This document shows positions 18,201 to 26,400 of a stretch of DNA of 40,600 bases, in pieces. The DNA comes from a virus (Duplodnaviria; Caudoviricetes). Positions within the stretch are counted from its first letter, which is position 1. Each line of letters starts with the position of its first letter. Location of the stretch: the IMG/VR virus record IMGVR_UViG_3300017716_000369, positions 1-40,600 of that record, one strand, 5' to 3'. The notes beneath the pieces are model-generated. The model was given only the letters and a program-made list of their open reading frames with translations. It was not told the DNA's origin and did not search any database. The translations under genes and the position numbers were made by a program.

Positions 18201-20053
18201 CTATAGTTGGTGCTCCTTTCTATTTAGGAAGCAGAGTTACTGCTGTATCTCAAGAAGAATTTAAAAAAGCCAATAGGTATGCTGGACTTACCTATAGTGG
18301 AATATATAATGCTGAGACAAATATAAATAAACTTAATGAATTTAATCTTGCACTTTCTAATTTTAAAGATTGTGAGAAGTCATTTGGTCCAATCAATAAA
18401 TTATATGCTCGTAAAACCGATATATTGGTATTACAAGAAGATAAAATATCATACGTATTAGCTGGTAAGAATTTACTTTCTGATGCTGCCGCTGGAGGTG
18501 CTATTACATCTATACCTGAAGTTCTTGGAACTCAAATTGCAAGAATTGAAGATTATGGAATTAGTAATAATCCAGAGAGTTTTGCAGTTCGTGGAGGTGA
18601 GATATTCTTTACAGATGTTAAACGTACTGCTGTATTAAATTTAAAGGGAGGATCGGCTCAGTCAGATCAGCTTGATGTGTCCTCTAATTATGGACTAAAG
18701 AACTGGTTTAGAGGTGAGTTTAAAGATACTATAGGTAATCAAAAATTAGGTGGATTCGATCCTTATATGAATGAGTATGTATTAGCATTAAATGACAATA
18801 GTCTTCCTCGTCCACAAGATATATATAATTGTGGGGTTACAATATCTCAACAACTATTTACTGGATCTTATCAGTTCACGTTAGAACTTATTGACTCTAT
18901 TGGAGAGGTTGATCTTGACTATTCTGTAACACAAGGAGAAGTTAATATAACTGTTATATATGATGGTGTAGAGGTTATTAATGAATTGGTTGACGGAAAT
19001 GGAACTCTTTTATTTAATAAAGACTCCGTATTTCCAATAACGGCAACGGTTATTATTGATTGTGAAGTAGAGTCTTCATACATATTAACTCCAAACTGTC
19101 CTGTATCTGAAGAGATAACAGTGGTTAGAGTGGTAATAAATTCAGCTGGAAGTGTTGATCAAACCATACACAACAATTATAACTGGACATTAGGAACATT
19201 TATTAGTGCTTATAATTCTGATTTTATTACTATGGAATCTGATGGAATATCTCTATACGATTCTGATACTGCTATGAACTCTGTAGGAGTTATTCCAGCT
19301 ATAGGAAGTACTATATCTATAGATTCAACAAAACTAACTGGAGATACATTTGTATTCGAAGAAGGTGTTAATTCATTTAAGTACTTAGTTTCAGATACTT
19401 TATATACAGAGTTAGATATTCCTACTTTATTGTTTGAATCTACCGAGGCTACTCCTACATTAAATCCTTCTACTGGAAAATACGAGTCTTCATTTGTATA
19501 TAATAATCCAGATCTTAAGCAGTACTTATATATGATATGGGATTATACTCAGTCTCATGAGATATACTTGAACTATAATGCATTTTCTGCTTTAGATTCT
19601 TGTTGTAATTTTACTGGTAATATATTTTATTTAGATGCCCCATTATTTACTAATGCATTATCTGTATATACTGATTCATTATTAACTACTAAAGCACCAG
19701 ATGGTTACTATAGTATAGGTGGCTACTATAGAAGACAATTAGATGGAATGTTATTGGCATATACAGTATGTCCATCTTGTCCTCCGCCTCCAGCATATTA
19801 TAATATACATATAAGTAATAGCACACCAGCACTTTCTTGCGGTAGCCCAAGCATTCCATCTACATATCCGTTAAGTGTATACGTAGTTTATTTACCTATA
19901 CATATTGGAGATATAGTTTATAACGATGCTTCACTAACTACTGCATTTAATGGAGATGGAACTTATTATTGGTCTTCAATAGCAACAGCATATCAGATTG
20001 ACATTAATGGAGTAGTTACTAATATAATAGATTGTTTAATAGACGCAGTATAA
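15248..20053 (+). CDS. tail stabilization / nozzle protein (P22 gp10-like) with C-terminal extension
   Basis: N-terminal F.AGKMNKD.DER..P.GQY.DALN and beta-propeller-like segments (LLFWTDNLNPPRKIN, YGISNNPESFA, FFTD, GGFDPY). Confidence 0.7.
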   Translation: MANVEVNFLAGKMNKDFDERIVPPGQYIDALNIRIGSTEFNSVGAIENSKGNTRLTNIEYNGSVLSENAKCIGVFEDGVNETIYWFICDPNNVDLILSYNTNNGIIKYHVISTSVLNFDQQYLINAINKVDNLLFWTDNLNPPRKININRNYPNPVMGVDSIDESDISVIVAPPTEAPTILLSNTPGEENYMIERFISFAYRYKYKDNEYSALSQFSEISFEPGTFELDYSTYTNKSMQNIFNTVNVGFNTGDHNVIGIDVCFKLSDSNIINVIERYDREEQGWLLDNDTKYIDFNNRKIYTVLTESELLRLYDNVPIAAKSQTIMGNRLIYGNYVDGYDIDTTLDYSLNVINETIGYLELPYEITNGIQYTIDPDNIIISENSAVSVDLTGVELVEGSLFSMTFSLLHEKFSGYANYDNPPTKPAPQNEFENNFVFTLRRNYTSVYDLATSDEFVNAIYTHKPYADSCDGFSVTDQFNCSIVAKGAYPPFGAWQDIASGITGIDGGFTITSSPGSNIIQVQVPAVKFQVENPDNVGTYFYAYEYFNNSTFSSAFSKIGSRRSLHSNRDYEVGVVYMDNYLRSSTALVNTMNTVFIPASASETKNYIVATVNNLAPSWATRYKFVLKPSNSNYQIVYSNQFYVEETGLTWFKLEGDNRSKVQENSTLIVKSDTNGVLNSLIKTKVLELKAQPVDFITGNVNDGGVLIKEPAGMYMALKASNFAAEYKPNSYIDFGEKQTGMTTIYPCSIDNPNYVVTVPPTPGPLNQPYIPYDVPAGSRIHIRISLDRNGRGSSCGSSHYLFDKTFTSSQDYNNLFDFVQGDNVDFGSGTYSGGEDPNANDQDHTLEIFDPNCISITNNCHLPFIQGTNRYQFQEDVDTGELYLVVTTGTPSCGDPNPKYSRTSIHIEVQRAVSLMVFETEAEDSDGEIYYEGSDSFPIVDRFHMSGTQDGDQSQTSLLPAIVNLNFFNCFTFGNGVESYKINDSIVGAPFYLGSRVTAVSQEEFKKANRYAGLTYSGIYNAETNINKLNEFNLALSNFKDCEKSFGPINKLYARKTDILVLQEDKISYVLAGKNLLSDAAAGGAITSIPEVLGTQIARIEDYGISNNPESFAVRGGEIFFTDVKRTAVLNLKGGSAQSDQLDVSSNYGLKNWFRGEFKDTIGNQKLGGFDPYMNEYVLALNDNSLPRPQDIYNCGVTISQQLFTGSYQFTLELIDSIGEVDLDYSVTQGEVNITVIYDGVEVINELVDGNGTLLFNKDSVFPITATVIIDCEVESSYILTPNCPVSEEITVVRVVINSAGSVDQTIHNNYNWTLGTFISAYNSDFITMESDGISLYDSDTAMNSVGVIPAIGSTISIDSTKLTGDTFVFEEGVNSFKYLVSDTLYTELDIPTLLFESTEATPTLNPSTGKYESSFVYNNPDLKQYLYMIWDYTQSHEIYLNYNAFSALDSCCNFTGNIFYLDAPLFTNALSVYTDSLLTTKAPDGYYSIGGYYRRQLDGMLLAYTVCPSCPPPPAYYNIHISNSTPALSCGSPSIPSTYPLSVYVVYLPIHIGDIVYNDASLTTAFNGDGTYYWSSIATAYQIDINGVVTNIIDCLIDAV

Positions 20054-20797
20054 ATGGAAAAAACATTATCATATAGCGAGGCTGCTCAAGGATGGACATC
20101 ATTCTTTTCTTACATACCAGAGATGATGATTGGTATGAACTCTTACTTTTATTCGTTTAAAGGTGGTAACTTATACCGTCATAATACCAATGAACGTAGA
20201 AATAACTTCTATGGAAACGATTATCCTTCTAAAGTTACTAGTGTATTCAATATAAATTCAAACGTGGTTAAGAATTTTAATACTATAATATTAAATAGTG
20301 ATGATTCTTGGAGTGCTAATGTACTTACTGATCTTTCTACTGGATATATAGACTCTTCTTACTTTGATTTTAAGGAGGGTGATTTTTTTGCATATATTAG
20401 AAGTGAAGTTCAAACTCAAGATTTAAACCTTAGATCTACTCAAGGAATTGGTAAACCTATATCTATAAATAGTACTAACCCTGCCGCTGTGATTTTAGAG
20501 TTTAGCTATAATCTTGGTAGTATCATAACTATCGGTTCAAATGCATATAAGAATAATTCTGGAACCCCTCTAAAATTAGGTAAGATAGTAAATAAAGGAG
20601 ATAAAACGATAACAATAAACACAACTGGTGGTGGTAGTATACCTTTAGTTTCTGATTTTATATTCTATTTCCAAAACGCAGTAGCTGAATCTTATGGTGT
20701 TCGTGGATACTATATGGAGTTTGAACTAATAAATGATAATATTGAAAGGGTTGAGTTATTCTCTGTAGGAAGTAGTATATTCAAAAGTTACCCTTAA
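20054..20797 (+). CDS. tail protein resembling the C-terminal part of gp10-like stabilization proteins
   Basis: Begins TLSYSE..QGWTSFFSYIPE; includes NNFYG, KEGDFFAYI and GVRGYY..F.L....ELFSV. Confidence 0.6.
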   Translation: MEKTLSYSEAAQGWTSFFSYIPEMMIGMNSYFYSFKGGNLYRHNTNERRNNFYGNDYPSKVTSVFNINSNVVKNFNTIILNSDDSWSANVLTDLSTGYIDSSYFDFKEGDFFAYIRSEVQTQDLNLRSTQGIGKPISINSTNPAAVILEFSYNLGSIITIGSNAYKNNSGTPLKLGKIVNKGDKTITINTTGGGSIPLVSDFIFYFQNAVAESYGVRGYYMEFELINDNIERVELFSVGSSIFKSYP

Positions 20798-20803
20798 ATT
20801 TAC

Positions 20804-20811
20804 TATCTTTG
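20804..20811 (+). promoter_or_regulatory. -7 promoter element TATCTTTG (GNAT/ejection operon)
   Basis: TAnnTTTG match in an 18-nt intergenic gap; ATG begins 5 nt after the G. Confidence 0.6.
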
Positions 20812-20815
20812 CAGT

Positions 20816-21211
20816 ATGCATGAATGTAGGTTAGAGAACAAGGATAGATACTACGAAACATTAGTAGAATGGTGGACTAAATGGAATTTTCCAGTATTAG
20901 ATAAGTCATCACTTCCAGAAAGAATATTCGTAGTAAGTGCAGAAGGAGTTGATTTATATGCAGTTCCAGTATATGCAAGCGATTGTACTTGGTGTATGAT
21001 TGGATTTGTAACTGGAAATAAAGATGCAGATAAGAAATATAGAAAGAATGCTCTTAACTTTTTGCTTTATAACACAGAGCAATATATGAAAAGCATAGGA
21101 TACGAACTTATTATGACGGTAAGTAGTAATCCAGTTTTAAAGAAATTATTTGAAGATGCAAATTACATGTCATCTTCTAAAAACATTGTTGAATATATAA
21201 AAAAGATATAG
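20816..21211 (+). CDS. GNAT-fold-like protein preceding the internal virion proteins
   Basis: 131 aa; alpha/beta pattern with K.IGY..I.T and LFEDANY resembling GNAT motifs; occupies the T7 gp13-like position. Confidence 0.5.
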   Translation: MHECRLENKDRYYETLVEWWTKWNFPVLDKSSLPERIFVVSAEGVDLYAVPVYASDCTWCMIGFVTGNKDADKKYRKNALNFLLYNTEQYMKSIGYELIMTVSSNPVLKKLFEDANYMSSSKNIVEYIKKI

Positions 21212-21212
21212 T

Positions 21213-21962
21213 ATGGGAGCAGAAGCAGGAACACAGGCTGGTGGTAGTCAAGCGTTAGGAGGTATAGCTGGAGCAGCATCAGCAGCAACTCCATTCATTG
21301 GAATGGGACTTTCTGCAATTAATATGGTTGGAGATTTAGTTCAGGCTGGTAAACAAGCTGATATGCAGAAGTCAGCTGAGAGAGCTGCTAGAGATGCAGC
21401 CGCTAAAGAAGAACAATTGAGAAGTCAAAACTTTTTTGATGCCCTACAAGTACCTATGGGAGCTTATGACAGAGCAGCAAGAGAGACTACTGCTCAGGTA
21501 GGTCAAGCAGTATCAGCATTGCAAGAGGGAGATTCTAGACAATTAGCTGGAGGACTCGGTAAGGTTGCTGCTGCTGGTATTGCAGGAGAGGCAGCTACAA
21601 GAGATGCAGCCGCACAAGACCTATATCAGTTAGGTGCAGCACAGGCACAGGCTGGAATGAATGTTAACCAAGATCTAGCCAAACTAGAAGCTCAAAGATT
21701 AGCAGGAGCTCAGGCTGCTGCAGCTTCAGCAAATGCTGCTAAACTAGGTCTACAACAAGGTGCCGCTATGGCAGGTTCTGGATTAATAAACCAAGGCCTT
21801 GCAATGGTTCCTTCATTTGGAATGGATGCACAGCCTACTGGACCTAATCCTAATTATCAATCTCCAATAAGTCAAAGATTTGAAGGTAATCCTGGAGCTA
21901 GTTGGCAAGCTGCTTTTTCTACCCCAGTAACTACTGGTAATTATGCTTGGGCTCCAAAATAA
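21213..21962 (+). CDS. putative internal virion / DNA ejection protein 1
   Basis: Ala/Gly/Gln-rich amphipathic helices, typical of T7 gp14 / P22 gp7-type proteins; position after tail genes. Confidence 0.65.
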   Translation: MGAEAGTQAGGSQALGGIAGAASAATPFIGMGLSAINMVGDLVQAGKQADMQKSAERAARDAAAKEEQLRSQNFFDALQVPMGAYDRAARETTAQVGQAVSALQEGDSRQLAGGLGKVAAAGIAGEAATRDAAAQDLYQLGAAQAQAGMNVNQDLAKLEAQRLAGAQAAAASANAAKLGLQQGAAMAGSGLINQGLAMVPSFGMDAQPTGPNPNYQSPISQRFEGNPGASWQAAFSTPVTTGNYAWAPK

Positions 21963-21979
21963 ATATAAATAAATAAATT

Positions 21980-23461
21980 ATGCCAGAATATAGAGGATAT
22001 GTCAATCCAGCCGATGTAAAGGCAACACCTACGTTTGATTGGGGAACAGTCATAAAAGATGTTCAGAAATCATTGTACGATAGTGAAGCTACTCGTCAGG
22101 CTAATAGAGATAAACTAGAGAAAGACACTAATGATACCCTTACTTCTATAAGTAAGGTAACTCTTGGTAAGGATGAGGCTTTAAATACCAAACTTACTGA
22201 TGCTGCTTATAATTTTAAAGGAGCCGTTGGAAATTATGCTAAACTAGTTCGAGAAGGTAAGGCTTCTCAGAAAGATTTTAACATGTTCAACCAGAACGCA
22301 ATGGATACCTTCACTCAGATTGATGCTGTAGGTAAAAATGCTAAGGTAGCATACGACACATATATTGCAGAAAGCAAGGCTGGTAATTTATCTGCTGCCT
22401 CTGACTATATGGCACAAACATTAGGACTTGCCGCTTCTTTAAAGGATAAGAATATTATACTAGATACTAAAAGTGGTAGAGGTTTTATTGCTGGTAAAGA
22501 TCCAAACGATGTTATCGAAGTGAACTGGCTTAATAATGAAAGAAATTTACTTATACCAAAGGTCCAATTAGACAAAGAACTTGATGCTCAGGCTGATAAG
22601 ATAGCTGAATTTACAAGAGTTGGAAAAGTTGGAGCTAGTGGTATTTGGACAATAGACGATGCTACTGCTCGTGCTGGATTTGATTTATTTGAAAATAATG
22701 TAGCTAATGGACTTACAAGTGAACCATTAAGAGCATTATCTGTATTAACTGATTATGGAGATATAAAAGGACAAAGATATACCCCAACAATAAATGCAGA
22801 AGAAGCTAAGAAAGATCCTTCTAAGATATTTGTACAATTAAATGCATCTGGAAATCCAGAACCTGTATTAACTAAAGAACAAGATACGGCAGCTAAAGAA
22901 ACTGCAAAAAGATATTTAAGAGAAAGAATAAAATACGAACAAAAACAAGTTGAAAACACTTATAGACCTCCAGTATTTGCTCCAGATAGAGGAGATGGTA
23001 AGCCACCTCCAGTAGTACCTACTACTCAGGATATAAGATATACTACATCTACTATAGATCCTAAAACTAAGAAAAAAACATCTAGGTCTGGATTTACAAT
23101 GGATGTACCAGTAATAGATAAATCTACTGGAGCTGCTCAAAACCTTAAGGCTATCTATATTGATCCTGTGACTAATGAGTTGCAGATGAAGATAGAGGAA
23201 AAGAATGTAGTTGATGGTATTACAACTGTAGCAGATGTTACATATTCTAGTAAGAAAAAAGGAGATGTAGCTCCTGATATTTCAAAAATATCTAATGTTG
23301 CTACTCAAATATACGATCCTGCAAGGAGAAGATACTTGAGTGGATATCAGGAACTATATGATTATCTTAAACCTCAAGCGATGGCTAATTGGAGGACTAT
23401 ACAAAAGGGTGGTGGAGCACAAACAACAGCAAGTGGAATTAAATATACAGTAGAAGAGTAA
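21980..23461 (+). CDS. putative internal virion / DNA ejection protein 2
   Basis: 493-aa largely helical protein between ejection protein 1 and the giant protein. Confidence 0.55.
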   Translation: MPEYRGYVNPADVKATPTFDWGTVIKDVQKSLYDSEATRQANRDKLEKDTNDTLTSISKVTLGKDEALNTKLTDAAYNFKGAVGNYAKLVREGKASQKDFNMFNQNAMDTFTQIDAVGKNAKVAYDTYIAESKAGNLSAASDYMAQTLGLAASLKDKNIILDTKSGRGFIAGKDPNDVIEVNWLNNERNLLIPKVQLDKELDAQADKIAEFTRVGKVGASGIWTIDDATARAGFDLFENNVANGLTSEPLRALSVLTDYGDIKGQRYTPTINAEEAKKDPSKIFVQLNASGNPEPVLTKEQDTAAKETAKRYLRERIKYEQKQVENTYRPPVFAPDRGDGKPPPVVPTTQDIRYTTSTIDPKTKKKTSRSGFTMDVPVIDKSTGAAQNLKAIYIDPVTNELQMKIEEKNVVDGITTVADVTYSSKKKGDVAPDISKISNVATQIYDPARRRYLSGYQELYDYLKPQAMANWRTIQKGGGAQTTASGIKYTVEE

Positions 23462-23463
23462 TT

Positions 23464-26400
23464 ATGCCAAAAAAAGTAAAAGCAAACGGGAAAACATTTA
23501 CATTTGAAGATGATGTAACTAACGAGCAGATAGGTATAGCAATAGATGAATACTTTGCTGGAGTAAAAAAAAAAGTAGCTACTCAGCCTACTTCTCCAAA
23601 AAAGCAATTGGCTTCTCCTACACAAACTCAACCTACTCCTACTTCATCGGATACAGAAGAAACTCAACCTCCTGTGGAATCGGATGGTTTAGGTGGACCA
23701 CCTAAAATGAAAACATTTACTGGATTTACGCCTGAAGAACAACAATCTCTTCGGGCTAAACCTGTTCCTAAAATATCTAAATCTGCTGAATTAATAAGCA
23801 ATAAAATTAGACTTCAAAATGAATTGTCTAAGACCAAAGTTACTCCTAAAAACCAAGATGAAATATCAAAAAAAACTGATGAGCTTTCTAAAATAAATAA
23901 AGAAGCTACTGATATTTTTGATCAAGAAAAAAGAGGTTTAGGTTCTAAATTGGTAGATAAATTAGCTACTGGAAGTTCTCAACTAGGAGCTAATATAGCA
24001 GCTATTCCAGAACTAATATATGAAACATTTGCATTTCCACAAAATGCAATAGCTAAAATATTTGAAATACCGTCTTTAGAAACTGACTCTGAAAAATTTA
24101 AAAAAGAAATAGGTATTAATAATGCTGTAAAAGATTTTTATAAGGGAGAGGTTGCGGCTTTAAATGAAAAATCTAAATTATTAGACACTCAATATAAAGA
24201 TGGAATATACGATTCTTTTAAAAATGGAGATATAGTTGGTGGATTTGACCAATTAACATCAAGTTTTGCCGAATCTCTTCCGTCAACAATGTCTATAATG
24301 ATTGGTGGGGCTTATGCAAAGGCTGCTCAAATATTAGCTACATCAACTATGGTATTTGGAGCTGAAAAAAATGAAAGATTAAAAGAAGAAAATCCAGAAA
24401 TGAGTACTAATGCTAGATTAGCAAATTCATTAGGTACTGGACTTGCTCAGGCTGGAACTGAAGTTTTAGGCTCTGGTAGTATAGGTGCTGCTGCTCGTGG
24501 ATTATTTGAAAGAGAGGGTGAAAAGAAGGCGTTCTCAATTTTAAAAGATGGTTTGACAGAATATTATAAAGGAGTATTAAAGAAAAGTCCTATAACTGCT
24601 TCTATAGTTGGAGAAGGAGCTGAAGAATGGGCTAGTAAAATATCTGAAAACGCAATAGATGTAGTTACTGGAGCAAAACCAAGTAATTACAATGTATTTG
24701 AAGGTGGTGCAGATGCGTTTTTAGGTGGGGTTTTTGGAGGAGCTGTTTTTGGTAGTGGACTTTATGGTCTTAAAAACACTATGAATAATAGCGATGTTTC
24801 TGCTGTAAAAGACAATACTAAAAATATATTTAACTTACAGTCTCAACTAGAAAATCCAAATATACCAGAAAATATAAAGATTGATATAAATTCTAAAATA
24901 TACGAACTTATAGATAAAAATCAAAAAACTATAGATGAAAATTTATATAAAATAGAATCTCTTCCAGAAGATATTAAGTCTAAGTTAAACGAATCTGTAG
25001 ACCTTATAAGTTCCTTAACAGAAAAAGCAAAAGAAATAAATGATTCTAATGAAATAGATTTAAAAACAAAATCTATATTACTTGAAGATTTAAGAAATAA
25101 AGCTATAGAAGCTAATGATACTAAAAGTAAGATATTAAGTGGAGAATATATTTCTGAAACTAAACCCGAAATAATCACTGAAGAAGCTAAACCTACTACT
25201 GAAGCTATATCTCCAGAGACATCATCAAACTACGGTAACCTTACAGAGAATAAGGATGGAGACTTCGTGTTCTTCCATGTTGGAGGTAAGGGTTACGAGA
25301 CTATAAAGAAATCATCTGGAGGAACAACTGCAACTTCAAAAGAAGAGGCTGGTGCACTTAGTAAGGTTGGTGGAGTTGCTATGTACTATACGAAGCCTGG
25401 TGATACTGAAAAAATGGTTAGTGGAGAGGCTAAGTATGCTGTTACTATACCAAAAGAAAAAGTATATGATGCTAATACAGACTCTAATAACTATGCTGCA
25501 GAGGCTGAGACTCGTCATGAAGAAGAGAACCCTGGGAAAGCATTTGATGCCAATTCTAAACTTGCTTATATCACTAAGATAGCTGGCGAGAATGGTTATG
25601 ATATGGTGGTATCTGAGTGGATGGGTAAAACTAGAGCACAGACCACTGCAGAACTTACTCCAACAGATGTTCAGTTGAAGGAGGGAGCTAAGATATCAAA
25701 ACCTTTTGAAGAAGAGTATGTAGACAATACTGCAAAGGGATATAAGTCTATAGTTCCAGAATCTAAAGAGTCTAAACTTAAAACTGTTTATGATGCTATT
25801 AATGCTGAGAGAAGTACGCAAAATAATTATGATGTGTTATATAAGTTATCTGGAAAAGATTTAACCAATACTCCTCAAAAAGAAACAACTAAACTAATTG
25901 AAGAGTCTGATCTCTCTCAAGAAGTTAAGGATATGTATGCAGAAGCATTGGCTTATGAGCCAGGAATTAGGCGTACAGAGGCTCCTATAGAAACTCAAAT
26001 TTCATCACACAAGAAAAATGGAGGCTCTACATTCTTAGCGAATGGAGAAAATAAGGCAGGATCTGACGCTTCTTCTGTATCTATATTTACAGAAAGATCA
26101 AAAATAATTGACGGTGAAATTACTGAAGAAGATATAAATGACTTCAAGGAAGCCAACAAAGATTTATTTAAAGGAAACGAAGATATACTAGCTATTGGTA
26201 CTTTGTACGATTCTAAGTCTGGAAAGACTTATATAGATGTGTCAGCTGTTGTACCAAACGAGCAAGCAATAAAACTTGGTAAACAGTACAATCAGAAGGC
26301 TGTTTATAATCTAAAAACAAATGAAGAGGTAGATACTGGAGGTACTGGTGAAGCTATTGAAGGATTAAAGCCAGAGATAGATAGAATTAATGATATTAGA

